A stretch of DNA of 64,000 nt from Eledone cirrhosa (taxonomy: Eukaryota). The notes under the pieces are model-generated. The model saw nothing but the letters and a program-made list of their open reading frames with translations. It made no database searches and was not told the origin of the DNA. Within the stretch, counting starts at the first letter, position 1. Each line of letters opens with the position of its first letter. Made by a program: the position numbers and the translations under genes. Location: contig OZ024745.1 in the NCBI GenBank assembly GCA_964016885.1, positions 3,596,001 through 3,660,000 of the forward strand, read 5' to 3'. Below are positions 37,801 through 51,912 of the stretch, in pieces.

Positions 37801-40800
37801 TGTAGTGATGGGAAGAAGTAGTTTAGATCTGACTTAAGGTAGTTCAATGTAGTGATGGGAAGAAGTAGTTTAGATCTGACTTAAGGTAGTTCAATGTAAT
37901 GATGGGAAGAAGTAGTTTAGATCTCACTTAAGGTAGTTCAATGTAGTGATGGGAAGAAGTAGTTTAGATCTGACTTAAGGTAGTTCAATGTAGTGATGGG
38001 AAGAAGTAGGTTAGATCTAACTTAAGGTAGTTCAATGTAGTGATGGGAAGAAGTAGTTTAGATCTGACTTAAGGTAGTTCAATTTAGTGATGGGAAGAAG
38101 TAGTTTAGATCTGAATTAAGGTAGTTCAATGTAGTGATGGGAAGAAGTAGTTTAGATCTGAATTAAGGTAGTTCAATGTAGTGATGGGAAGAAGTAGTTT
38201 AGATCTGAATTAAGGTAGTTCAATGTAGTGATGGGAAGAAGTAGTTTAGATCTGACGTAAGGTAGTTCAATTTAGTGATGGGAAAAAGGAGTTTATATCT
38301 TACTTAAGGTAGTTCAATGTAGTGATGGGAAGAAGTAGTTTAGATCTGACTTAAGGTAGTTCAATGTAGTGATGGGAAGAAGTAGTTTCGATCTGACTTA
38401 AGGTAGTTCAATGTAGTGATGGGAAGAAGTAGTTTAGATCTGACTTAAGGTAGTTCAATTTAGTGATGGGAAGAAGTAGTTTAGATCTGAATTAAGGTAG
38501 TTCAATTTAGTGATGGGAAAAAGGAGTTTATATCTTACTTAAGGTAGTTCAATGTAGTGATGGGAAGCAGCAGTTTAGATCTGACTTAAGATGTAGTGAT
38601 GGGAGGAAGTAGTTTAGATCTGACTTAAGATAGTTCAATGTAGTGATGGGAAGAAGTAGTTTAGATCTAACTTAAGGTAGTTCAATGTAGTGATGGGAAG
38701 AAGCAGTTTAGATCTGACTTAAGGTAGTTCAATGTAGTGATGGGAAGTAGTTTAGATCTGACTTAAGGTAGTTCAATGTAGTGATGGGAAGTAGTTTAGA
38801 TCTGACTTAAGGTAGTTCAATGTAGTGATGGGAAGAAGTAGTTTAGAACTAACTTAAGATAGTTCAATGTAGTGATGGGAAGAAGTAGTTTAGATCTGAC
38901 AACGTAGTTCAATGTAATGATGGGAAGAAGTAGTTTAAATCTAACTTAAGATAATTAAATGTAGTGATGGGAAGAAGTAGTTAGATCTGACTTAAGGTAG
39001 TTCAATGTAGTGATGCGAGGAAGTAGTTTAGATCTGACTTATGGTAGTTCAATGTAGTGATGGGAAGAAGTAGTTTAGATCTAACTTAAGGTAGTTCAAT
39101 GTAGTGATGGGAAGTAGTTTAGATCTGACTTAAGGTAGTTCAATGTAGTGATGGGAAGAAGTAGTTTAGATCTAACTTAAGGTAGTTCAATGTAGTGATG
39201 GGAAGAAGTAGTTTAGATCTAACTTAAGATAGTTCAATGTAGTGATGGGAAGAAGCAGTTTAGATCTGACTTAAGGTAGTTCAATGTAGTGATGGGAAGA
39301 AGTAGTTTAGATCTGACGTAAGGTAGTTCGATGTAGTGATGGGAAGAAGTAGTTTAGATCTGACGTAAGGTAGTTCAATGTAGTGATGGGAAGAAGCAGT
39401 TTAGATCTGACTTAAGGTAGTTCAATGTAGTGATGGGAAGAAGTAGTTTAGATCTGACGTAAGGTAGTTCGATGTAGTGATGGGAAGAAGTAGTTTAGAT
39501 CTGACGTAAGGTAGTTCGATGTAGTGATGAGAAGAAGTAGTTTAGATCTGACTTAAGGTAGTTCAATGTAGTGATGGGAAGAAGTAGTTTAGATCTGACT
39601 TAAGGTAGTTCAATGTAGTGATGGGAAGAAGCAGTTTAGATCTGACTTAAGGTAGTTCAATGTAGTGATGAGAAGAAGTAGTTTAGATCTGACTTAAGGT
39701 AGTTCAATGTAATGATGGGAAGAAGTAGTTTAGATCTGATTTAGTTCAATGTAGTCATGGGAAGAAGTAGTTTAGATCTAACTTAAGGTAGTTCAATAAA
39801 CTGATGGGAAGAAGTAGTTTAGATCTGACAACGTAGTTCAATGTAATGATGGGAAGAAGTAGTTTAAATCTAACTTAAGATAATTAAATGTAGTGATGGG
39901 AAGAAGTAGTTAGATCTGACTTAAGGTAGTTCAATGTAGTGATGCGAGGAAGTAGTTTAGATCTGACTTATGGTAGTTCAATGTAGTGATGGGAAGAAGT
40001 AGTTTAGATCTAACTTAAGGCAGTTCAATGTAGTGATAGGAAGAAGTAGTTGAGATCTGACTTAAGGTAGTTCAATGTAGTAATGGGAAGAAGCAGTTTA
40101 TATCTAACTTAAGGTAGTTCAATGTAGTGATGGGAAGAAGTAGTTAGATTTGACTTAAGGTAGTTCAATGTAGTGATGGGAAGAAGTAGTTTAGATCTGA
40201 CTTAAGGTAGTTCAATGTAGTGATGGGAAGAAGTAGTTTAGATCTGAATTAAGGTAGTTCAATTTAGTGATGGGAAAAAGGAGTTTATATCTAACTTAAG
40301 GTAGTTCAATGTAGTGATGGGAAGAAGTAGTTTAGATCTGATTTAGTTCAATGTAGTCATGGGAAGAAGTAGTTTAGATCTAACTTAAGGTAGTTCAATA
40401 AACTGATGGGAAGAAGTAGTTTAGATCTGACAACGTAGTTCAATGTAATGATGGGAAGAAGTAGTTTAAATCTAACTTAAGATAATTAAATGTAGTGATG
40501 GGAAGAAGCAGTTTAGATCCGACTTAAGATAGTTCAATGTAATGATGGAAAGAAGTAGTTAGATCTAACTTAAGGTAGTTCAATGTAGTGATGGGAAGAA
40601 GCAGTTTAGATCTGACTTAAGGTAGTTCAATGTAGTGATGGGAAGAAGTAGTTTAGATCTGACGTAAGGTAGTTCAATGTAATGATGGGAAGAAGTAGTT
40701 TAGATCTGATTTAGTTCAATGTAGTCATGGGAAGAAGTAGTTTAGATCTAACTTAAGGTAGTTCAATGTAGTGATGGGAAGAAGCAGTTTAGATCTGACT

Positions 40801-43800
40801 TAAGGTAGTTCAATGTAGTGATGGGAAGAAGCATTTTAGATCTGACTTAAGGTAGTTCAATGTAGTGATGGGAAGAAGTAGTTTAGATCTGACAACGTAG
40901 TTCAATGTAGTGATGGGAAGAAGCAGTTTAGATCTAACTTAAGGTAGTTCAATGTAGTGGTGGGAAGTAGTAGTTTAGATCTAACTTAAGGTAGTTCAAT
41001 GTAGTGATGAGAAGAAGTAGTTTAGATCTGACAACGTAGTTCAATGTAGTGATGGGAAGAAGCAGTTTAGATCTAACTTAAGGTAGTTCAATGTAGTGGT
41101 GGGAAGTAGTAGTTTAGATCTAACTTAAGGTAGTTCAATGTAGTGATGAGAAGAAGTAGTTTAGATCTGACTTCAGGTAGTTCAACGTAATGATGGGAAG
41201 AAGTAGTTTAGATCTGATTTAGTTCAATGTAGTCATGGGAAGAAGTAGTTTAGATCTAACTTAAGGTAGTTCAATAAACTGATGGGAAGAAGTAGTTTAG
41301 ATCTGACAACGTAGTTCAATGTAATGATGGGAAGAAGTAGTTTAAATCTAACTTAAGATAATTAAATGTAGTGATGGGAAGAAGTAGTTAGATCTGACTT
41401 AAGGTAGTTCAATGTAGTGATGTGAGGAAGTAGTTTAGATCTGACTTAAGATAGTTCAATGTAGTGATGGGAAGAAGTAGATAGATCTGACGTAAGGTAG
41501 TTCAACGTAGTGATGGGAAGAAGTAGATAGATCTGACTGACGATAGTTCAATGTAGTGATCGGAAAAAGTAGTTTAGATCTAACTGAAGGTAGTTCAATG
41601 TAGTGATGGAAAGAAGGAGTTTAGATCTGACAACGTTGTTCAATGTAGTGATCGGAAAAAGTAGTTTAGATCTAACTTAAGGTAGTTCAATGTCGTGATG
41701 GGAAGTAGTTTAGATCTGACAACGTTGTTCAATGTAGTGATGGGAAGAAGTAGTTTAGATCTAACTTAAGGTAGTTCAATGTAGTGATGGGAAGAAGTAG
41801 TTTAGATCTAACTTAAGATAGTTCAATGTAGTGATGGGAAGAAGCAGTTTAGATCTGACTTAAGGTAGTTCAATGTAGTGATGGGAAGAAGCAGTTTAGA
41901 TCTGACGTAAGGTAGTTCGATGTAGTGATGGGAAGAAGTAGTTTAGATCTGACGTAAGGTAGATCAATGTAGTGATGGGAAGAAGTAGTTTAGATCTGAC
42001 TTAAGGTAGTTCAATGTAGTGATGGGAAGAAGTAGTTTAGATCTGACGTAAGGTAGTTCAATGTAGTGATGGGAAGAAGTAGTTTAGATCTAACTTAAGG
42101 TAGTTCAATGTAGTGATGAGAAGAAGTAGTTTAGATCTGACTTAAGGTAGTTCAATGTAGTGATGGGAAGAAGTAGTTTAGATCTGACTTAAGGTAGTTC
42201 AATGTAGTGATGGGAAGAAGCAGTTTAGATCTGACTTAAGGTAGTTCAATGTAGTGATGAGAAGAAGTAGTTTAGATCTGACTTAAGGTAGTTCAATGTA
42301 ATGATGGGAAGAAGTAGTTTAGATCTGATTTAGTTCAATGTAGTCATGGGAAGAAGTAGTTTAGATCTAACTTAAGGTAGTTCAATAAACTGATGGGAAG
42401 AAGTAGTTTAGATCTGACAACGTAGTTCAATGTAATGATGGGAAGAAGTAGTTTAAATCTAACTTAAGATAATTAAATGTAGTGATGGAAAGAAGTAGTT
42501 AGATCTGACTTAAGGTAGTTCAATGTAGTGATGCGAGGAAGTAGTTTAGATCTGACTTATGGTAGTTCAATGTAGTGATGGGAAGAAGTAGTTGAGATCT
42601 GACTTAAGGTAGTTCAATGTAGTAATGGGAAGAAGCAGTTTATATCTAACTTAAGGTAGTTCAATGTAGTGATGGGAAGAAGTAGTTAGATCTGACTTAA
42701 GGTAGTTCAATGTAGTGATGGGAAGAAGTAGTTTAGATCTGACTTAAGGTAGTTCAATGTAGTGATGGGAAGAAGTAGTTTAGATCTGAATTAAGGTAGT
42801 TCAATTTAGTGATGGGAAAAAGGAGTTTATATCTAACTTAAGGTAGTTCAATGTAGTGATGGGAAGAAGTAGTTTAGATCTGATTTAGTTCAATGTAGTC
42901 ATGGGAAGAAGTAGTTTAGATCTAACTTAAGGTAGTTCAATAAACTGATGGGAAGAAGTAGTTTAGATCTGACAACGTAGTTCAATGTAATGATGGGAAG
43001 AAGTAGTTTAAATCTAACTTAAGATAATTAAATGTAGTGATGGGAAGAAGCAGTTTAGATCCGACTTAAGATAGTTCAATGTAATGATGGAAAGAAGTAG
43101 TTAGATCTAACTTAAGGTAGTTCAATGTAGTGATGGGAAGAAGCAGTTTAGATCTGACTTAAGGTAGTTCAATGTAGTGATGGGAAGAAGTAGTTTAGAT
43201 CTGACGTAAGGTAGTTCAATGTAATGATGGGAAGAAGTAGTTTAGATCTGATTTAGTTCAATGTAGTCATGGGAAGAAGTAGTTTAGATCTAACTTAAGG
43301 TAGTTCAATGTAGTGATGGGAAGAAGCAGTTTAGATCTGACTTAAGGTAGTTCAATGTAGTGATGGGAAGAAGCATTTTAGATCTGACTTAAGGTAGTTC
43401 AATGTAGTGATGGGAAGAAGTAGTTTAGATCTGACAACGTAGTTCAATGTAGTGATGGGAAGAAGCAGTTTAGATCTAACTTAAGGTAGTTCAATGTAGT
43501 GGTGGGAAGTAGTAGTTTAGATCTAACTTAAGGTAGTTCAATGTAGTGATGAGAAGAAGTAGTTTAGATCTGACAACGTAGTTCAATGTAGTGATGGGAA
43601 GAAGCAGTTTGGATCTAACTTAAGGTAGTTCAATGTAGTGGTGGGAAGTAGTAGTTTAGATCTAACTTAAGGTAGTTCAATGTAGTGATGAGAAGAAGTA
43701 GTTTAGATCTGACTTCAGGTAGTTCAATGTAATGATGGGAAGAAGTAGTTTAGATCTGATTTAGTTCAATGTAGTCATGGGAAGAAGTAGTTTAGATCTA

Positions 43801-46800
43801 ACTTAAGGTAGTTCAATAAACTGATGGGAAGAAGTAGTTTAGATCTGACAACGTAGTTCAATGTAATGATGGGAAGAAGTAGTTTAAATCTAACTTAAGA
43901 TAATTAAATGTAGTGATGGGAAGAAGTAGTTAGATCTGACTTAAGGTAGTTCAATGTAGTGATGTGAGGAAGTAGTTTAGATCTGACTTAAGATAGTTCA
44001 ATGTAGTGATGGGAAGAAGTAGATAGATCTGACTTAAGGTAGTTCAACGTAGTGATGGGAAGAAGTAGATAGATCTGACGTAAGGTAGTTCAACGTAGTG
44101 ATGGGAAGAAGTAGATAGATCTGACTGACGATAGTTCAATGTAGTGATCGGAAAAAGTAGTTTAGATCTAACTGAAGGTAGTTCAATGTAGTGATGGAAA
44201 GAAGGAGTTTAGATCTGACAACGTTGTTCAATGTAGTGATCGGAAAAAGTAGTTTAGATCTAACTTAAGGTAGTTCAATGTCGTGATGGGAAGTAGTTTA
44301 GATCTGACAACGTTGTTCAATGTAGTGATGGGAAGAAGTAGTTTAGATCTGACAACGTAGTTCAATGTAGTGATAGGAAAAAGTAGTTAGATCTGACTTA
44401 ATGTAGTGATGGGAACAAGTAGTTTAGATCTAACTTAAGGTAGTTCAATGTAGTGATGAGAAGAAGTAGTTTAGATCTGACTTAAGGTAGTTCAATGTAA
44501 TGATGGGAAGAAGTAGTTTAGATCTGACTTAAGATAGTTCAATGTAGTCATGGGAAGAAGTAGTTTAGATCTAACTTAAGGTCGTTCAATAAACTGATGG
44601 GAAGAAGTAATTTAGATCTGACAACGTAGTTCAATGTAATGATGGGAAGAAGTAGTTTAAATCTAACTTAAGGTAGTTCAATATAGTGATGGGAAGAAGT
44701 AGTTAGATCTGACTTAAGGTAGTTCAATGTAGTGATGGGAGGAAGTAGTTTAGATCTGACTTAAGATAGTTCAATGTAGTGATGGGAAGAAGTAGTTTAG
44801 ATCTAACCTAAGGTAGTTGAATGTAGTGATGGGAAGTAGTTTAGATCTGACTTAAGATAGTTCAATGTAGTGATGGGAAGAAGTAGTTTAGATCTAACTT
44901 AAGGTAGTTCAATGTAGTGATGGAAAGTAGTAGTTAGATCTAACTTAAGGTAGTTCAATGTAGTGATGGGAAGAAGTAGTTTAGATCAAATTTAAGGTAG
45001 TTCAATAAACAGATGGGAAGAAGTAGTTTAGATCTGACTTAAGGTAGTTCAATGTAGTGATGGGAAGAAGTAGTTTAGATCTGACTTAAGGTAGTTCAAT
45101 GTAATGATGGGAAGAAGTAGTTTAGATCTGACTTAAGGTAGTTCAATGTAGTGATGGGAAGAAGTAGTTTAGATCTGACTTAAGGTAGTTCAATGTAATG
45201 ATGGGAAGAAGTAGTTTAGATCTGACTTAAGGTAGTTCAATGTAGTGATGGGAAGAAGTAGTTTAAATCTGACTTAAGGTAGTTCAATGTAGTGATGGGA
45301 AGAAGTAGTTTAGATCTGACTTAAGGTAGTTCAATGTAGTGATGGGAAGAAGTAGTTTAGATCTGACTTAAGGTAGTTCAATGTAGTGATGGGAAGAAGT
45401 AGTTTAGATCTGACTTAAGGTAGTTCAATGTAGTGATGGGAAGTAGTAGTTTAGATCTAACTTAAGATTGTTCAATGTAGTGATGGGAAGAAGTAGTTTA
45501 GATCTGACTTAAGGTAGTTCAATGTAGTGATGGAAAGTAGTAGTTAGATCTAACTTAAGGTAGTTCAATGTAGTGATGGGAAGAAGTAGTTTAGATCTAA
45601 CTTAAGGTAGTTCAATAAACTGATGGGAAGAAGTAGTTTAGATCTGACTTAACGTAGTTCAATGTAGTGATGGGAAGTAGTAGTTTATATCTAACTTAAG
45701 GTAGTTCAATGTAGTGATGGGAAGAAGTAGTTTAGATCTGACTTAATGTAGTTCAATGTAGTGATGGGAAGAAGTAGTTTAGATCTGAATTAAGGTAGTT
45801 CAATTTAGTGATGGGAAAAAGGAGTTTATATCTTACTTAAGGTAGTTCAATGTAGTGATGGGAAGAAGTAGTTTAGATCTGACTTAAGGTAGTTCAATGT
45901 AGTGATGGGAAGAAGTAGTTTCGATCTGACTTAAGGTAGTTCAATGTAGTGATGGGAAGAAGTAGTTTAGATCTGAATTAAGGTAGTTCAATTTAGTGAT
46001 GGGAAAAAGGAGTTTATATCTTACTTAAGGTAGTTCAATGTAGTGATGGGAAGAAGCAGTTTAGATCTGACTTAAGATGTAGTGATGGGAGGAAGTAGTT
46101 TAGATCTGACTTAAGATAGTTCAATGTAGTGATGGGAAGAAGTAGTTTAGATCTAACTTAAGGTAGTTCAATGTAGTGATGGGAAGAAGCAGTTTAGATC
46201 TGACTTAAGGTAGTTCAATGTAGTGATGGGAAGTAGTTTAGATCTGACTTAAGGTAGTTCAATGTAGTGATGGGAAGTAGTTTAGATCTGACTTAAGGTA
46301 GTTCAATGTAGTGATGGGAAGAAGTAGTTTAGATCTAACTTAAGATAGTTCAATGTAGTGATGGGAAGAAGCAGTTTAGATCTGACTTAAGGTAGTTCAA
46401 TGTAGTGATGGGAAGAAGTAGTTTAGATCTGACTTAAGGTAGTTCAATTTAGTGATGGGAAGAAGTAGTTTAGATCTGAATTAAGGTAGTTCAATTTAGT
46501 GATGGGAAAAAGGAGTTTATATCTTACTTAAGGTAGTTCAATGTAGTGATGGGAAGAAGCAGTTTAGATCTGACTTAAGATGTAGTGATGGGAGGAAGTA
46601 GTTTAGATCTGACTTAAGATAGTTCAATGTAGTGATGGGAAGAAGTAGTTTAGATCTAACTTAAGGTAGTTCAATGTAGTGATGGGAAGAAGCAGTTTAG
46701 ATCTGACTTAAGGTAGTTCAATGTAGTGATGGGAAGTAGTTTAGATCTGACTTAAGGTAGTTCAATGTAGTGATGGGAAGTAGTTTAGATCTGACTTAAG

Positions 46801-49800
46801 GTAGTTCAATGTAGTGATGGGAAGAAGTAGTTTAGATCTAACTTAAGATAGTTCAATGTAGTGATGGGAAGAAGCAGTTTAGATCTGACTTAAGGTAGTT
46901 CAATGTAGTGATGGGAAGAAGTAGTTTAGATCTGACGTAAGGTAGTTCAATGTAGTGATGGGAAGAAGTAGTTTAGATCTGACGTAAGGTAGTTCAATGT
47001 AGTGATGGGAAGAAGTAGTTTAGATCTGACTTAAGGTAGTTCAATGAAGTGATGGGAAGAAGTAGTTTAGATCTGACGTAAGGTAGTTCAATGTAGTGAT
47101 GGGAAGAAGTAGTTTAGATCTAACTTAAGGTAGTTCAATGTAGTGATGAGAAGAAGTAGTTTAGATCTGACTTAAGGTAGTTCAATGTAGTGATGGGAAG
47201 AAGCAGTTTAGATCTGACTTAAGGTAGTTCAATGTAGTGATGAGAAGAAGTAGTTTAGATCTGACTTAAGGTAGTTCAATGTAATGATGGGAAGAAGTAG
47301 TTTAGATCTGATTTAGTTCAATGTAGTCATGGGAAGAAGTAGTTTAGATCTAACTTAAGGTAGTTCAATAAACTGATGGGAAGAAGTAGTTTAGATCTGA
47401 CAACGTAGTTCAATGTAATGATGGGAAGAAGTAGTTTAAATCTAACTTAAGATAATTAAATCTAGTGATGGGAAGAAGTAGTTAGATCTGACTTAAGGTA
47501 GTTCAATGTAGTGATGTGAGGAAGTAGTTTAGATCTGACTTAAGATAGTTCAATGTAGTGATGGGAAGAAGTAGATAGATCTGACGTAAGGTAGTTCAAC
47601 GTAGTGATGGGAAGAAGTAGATAGATCTGACTTACGATAGTTCAATGTAGTGATCGGAAAAAGTAGTTTAGATCTAACTGAAGGTAGTTCAATGTAGTGA
47701 TGGAAAGAAGGAGTTTAGATCTGACAACGTTGTTCAATGTAGTGATCGGAAAAAGTAGTTTAGATCTAACTTAAGGTAGTTCAATGTAGTGATGGGAAGA
47801 GGTAGTTTAGATCTAACTTAAGATAGTTCAATGTAATGATGGAAAGAAGTAGTTAGATCTAACTTAAGCTAGTTCAATGTAGTGATAGGAAGAAGCAGTT
47901 TAGATCTGACTTAAGGTAGTTCAATGTAATGATGGAAAGAATTAGTTAGATGTAACTTAACGTAGTTCAATGTGATGGGAAGAAATAGTTTAAATCTGAC
48001 TTAAGGTAGTTCAATGTAGTGATGGGAAGTAGTAGTTTAGATCTGACTTATGGTAGTTCAATGTAGTGATGGGAAGTAGTTTAGCTCTGACAACGTAGTT
48101 CAATGTAGTGATGGGAAGAAGTAGTTTAGATCTGACTTAAGGTAGTTCAATGTAATGATGGGAAGAAGGAGTTTAGATCTAACTGAGGGTAGTTCAATGT
48201 AGTGATGGAAAGAAGGAGTTTAGATCTAACTTAAAGTAGTTCAATGTAGTGATGGGAAGTAGTTTAGATCTAACTTAGGATATTTCAATGTAATTATGGA
48301 AAGAAGTAGTTAGATCTAACTTAAGGTAGTTCAATGTAGTGATGGGAAGAAGCAGTTTAGATCTGACTTGAGGTAGTTCAATGTAGTGATGGAAATAAGT
48401 AGTTAGATGTAAGTTAACGTAGTTCAATGTGATGGGAAGAAGTAGTTTAGATCTAACTTAAGGTAGTTCAATGTAGTGATGGGAAGAAGTAGTTTAGATC
48501 TAACTTAAGATAGTTAAATGTAGTGATGGGAAGTAGTTTAGATCTGACTTAAGGTAGTTCAATGTAGTGATGGGAAGAAGTAGTTTAGATCTGACTTAAG
48601 GTAGTTCAATGTAGTGATGGGAAGAAGTAGTTTAGATCTAACTTAAGGTTGTTCAACGTAGTTATGGGAAGAAGTAATTTAGATCTAACTTAAGATAGTT
48701 CAATGTAGTGATGGAAAGAAGGAGTTTAGATCTAACTTAAGATAGTTCAATGTAGTGATGGGAAAAAGTAGTTAGATGTAACTTAACGTAGTTCAATGTG
48801 ATGGAAAGAAGTAGTTTAGATCTAACTTAAGAAAGTTCAATGTAGTGATGGGAAGAAGTAGTTAGATGTAACTTAACGTAGTTCAATGTGATGGAAAGAA
48901 GTAGTTTAGATCTAACTTAAGGTAGTTCAATGTAGTGATGGGAAGAAGTAGTTTAGATCTGATTTAAGGTAGTTCAATAAACTTATGGGAAGAAGTAGTT
49001 TAGATCTAACTTGCGGTAGTTCAATGTAGTGATGGGAAGTAGTTTAGATCTGACTTAAGGTAGTTCAATAAACTTATGGGAAGAAGTAGTTTAGATCTAA
49101 CTTAAGGTAGTTCAATGTAGTGATGGGAAGTAGTTTAGATCTGACTTAAGGTAGTTCAATAAACTTATGGGAAGAAGTAGTTTAGATCTAACTTGCGGTA
49201 GTTCAATGTAGTGATGGGAAGTAGTTTAGATCTCACTTAAGGTAGTTCAATGTAGTAATGGGAAGAAGGAGTTTATATCTAACTTAAGGTAGTTCAATGT
49301 AGTGATGGGAAGAAGTAGTTTAGATCTGACTTAAGGTAGTTCAATGTAGTGATGGGAAGAAGTAGTTTAGATCTGACTTAAGGTAGTTCAATGTAGTGAT
49401 GGGAAGAAGTAGTTTAGATCTAACTTAAGGTAGTTCAATGTAGTGATGAGAATAAGTAGTTTAGATCTGACTTAAGGTAGTTCAATGTAGTGATGGGAAG
49501 AAGTAGTTTAGATCTAACTGAAGGTAGTTCAATGTAGTGATGGAAAGAAGGAGTTTAGATCTAACTTAAGGTAGTTCAATGTAGTCATGGGAAGAAGTAG
49601 TTTAGATCTAACTTAAGGTAGTTCAATAAACTGATGGGAAGAAGTAGTTTAGATCTGACAACGTAGTTCAATGTAATGATGGGAAGAAGTAGTTTAAATC
49701 TAACTTAAGATAGTTCAATGTAGTGATGCGAGGAAGTAGTTTAGATCTGACTGGAGATAGTTCAATGTAGTGACGGGAAGAAGTAGTTTAGATCTAACTT

Positions 49801-51682
49801 AAGGTAGTTCAATGTAGTGATGGGAAGCAGTTTAGATCTTAGTTCAATGTAGTGATGGGAAGAAGTAGTTAGATCTAACTTAAGGTAGTTCAATGTCGTG
49901 ATGGGAAGTAGTTTAGATCTATCAACGTTGTTCAATGTAGTGATGGGAAGAAGTAGTTAGATCTGACTTAAGATATTTCAATGTAGTGATGGGAAGAAGT
50001 AGTTTAAATCTAACTTAAGGTAGTTCAATGTAGTGATGGGAAGTAGTTTAGATCTGACTTAAGGTAGTTCAATAAACTGATGGGAAGAAGAAGTTTAGAT
50101 CTAACTTAAGAAAGTTCAATTTAGTGATGGGAAGAAGTAGTTTAGATCTGACTTAAGGTAGTTCAATGTCGTGATTGGATGAAGTAGTTTAGATCTAACT
50201 TAAGGTAGTTCAATGTACTGATGGGAAGAAGTAGTTTAGATCTGACTTAAGGTAGTTCAATGTAGTGATGGGAAGAAGTAGTTTAGATCTGACTTAATGT
50301 AGTTCAATGTAGTGATGGGAAGAAGTAGTTTAGATCTAACTTAAGGTAGTTCAATGTAGTGATGGGAGGAAGTAGTTTAGATCTGACTTAAGGTAGTTCA
50401 ATGTAGTGATGGGAAGAAGTAGTTTAGATCTGACTTAAGGTAGTTCAATGTAATGATGGAAAGAAGTAGTTAGATCTGACTTAATGTAGTTCAATGTAGT
50501 GATGGGAAGAAGTAGTTTAGATCTGACTTAAGGTAGTTCAATGTAGTGATAGGAAGAAGTAGTTAGATCTAACTTAAGATATTTCAATGTAGTGATGGGA
50601 AGAAGTAGTTTAGATCTAACTTAAGGTAGTTAAATGTAGTGATGGGAGGAAGTAGTTTAGATCTGACTTAAGATAGTTCAATGTAGTGATGGGAAGAATT
50701 AGTTTAGATCTGACTTAAGGTAGTTCAAGGTAGTGATGGGAAGTAGTTTAGATCTGACAACGTAGTTCAATGTAGTGATGGGAAGCAGTTTAGATCTGAC
50801 TTAAGGTAGTTCAATGTAGTGATGGGAAGAAGTATTTAGATCTGACTTAAGATAGTTCAATGTAGTGATGGGAAGAAGTAGTTTAGATCTGACTTAAGGT
50901 AGTTCAATGTAGTGATGGGAAGTAGTAGTTTAAATCTAACTTAAGGTAGTTCAATGTAGTGATGGGAAGAAGTAGTTTAGATCTGACTTAAGGTAGTTCA
51001 ATGTAGTGATGGGAAGAAGTAGTTTAGATCTAACTTAAGAAAGTTCAATGTAGTGATGGGAAGAAGTAGTTTAGATCTGACAACGTAGTTCAATGTAGTG
51101 ATGGGAAGAAGTAGTTAGATCTGACTTAAGGTAGTTCAATGTACTGATGGGAAGAAGTAGTTAGATCTGACTTAAGGTAGTTAAATGTACTGATGGGAAG
51201 AAGTAGTTTCGATCTGACTTAAGGTAGTTAAATGTAGTGATGGGAAGTAGTAGTTAGATCTGACTTAAGGTAGTTCAATGTACTGATGGAAAGAAGTAGT
51301 TAGATCTGACTTAAGGTAGTTAAATGTAGTGATGGGAAGTAGTAGTTAGATCTGACTTAAGGTAGTTCAATGTACTGATGGGAAGAAGTAGTTAGATCTG
51401 ACTTAAGGTAGTTAAATGTACTGATGGGAAGAAGTAGTTAGATCTGACTTAAGGTAGTTAAATGTAGTGATGGGAAGTAGTAGTTAGATCTGACTTAAGG
51501 TAGTTCAATGTACTGATGGAAAGAAGTAGTTAGATCCGACTTAAAATAGTTCAATGTAATGATGGGAAGTAGTTTAGATCTGACTTAAGGTAGTTCAATG
51601 TAGTGAAGGTAAGAAGTAGTTTAGATATAACTTAAGGTAGTTCAATAAACTGATGGGAAGAAGTAGTTTCGATCTGACTTAA
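25868..51682. repeat. Satellite array 1: 47-bp monomer GTAGTTCAATGTAGTGATGGGAAGAAGTAGTTTAGATCTGACTTAAG, roughly 550 copies
   Basis: Uninterrupted head-to-tail array with recurring shorter and substituted variants. Most monomers carry AGATCT and CTTAAG. Copy number is estimated as length/47. Confidence 0.98.
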
Positions 51683-51724
51683 TTTTGCCTTTCACAAATG
51701 TAAAATAACATGCAGAGATATACC

Positions 51725-51912
51725 ATAGACATGGTTTCACGTTCAACTCCACTGCATGACAGTTGAGGCAAATGTCTTCAGCTATATAAAGCTATATAAA
51801 GCTGGTTAAATATCATAAGTGAAACTGGTAGATAAATTGATCAAAGGCCCACTGTATACGAATGTGTGTGTGTGTGTGTGTGTTGCATTGACAAGGTACC
51901 TTTCAAACAAAT
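51725..51912 (+). mobile_element. Degenerate tRNA-SINE remnant with (TG)n, between the two satellites
   Basis: ATGGTTTCACGTTCAACTCCACTGCATGACAGTTGAGGCAAATGTCTTCAGCTATA contains a B-box-like GTTCAACTCC and a decayed CCTTGGGCAAGTGTCTT-type core, followed by (TG)n at 51863-51883. Confidence 0.6.

Noticed and set aside
25868-51682. Box C/D snoRNA-like motifs (GTGATG...CTGA) in the 47-bp monomer
   Set aside because: Box C is usually imperfect, spacing is under 20 nt, there is no terminal stem, CTGA is often CTAA, and the motif is antisense to the host gene.
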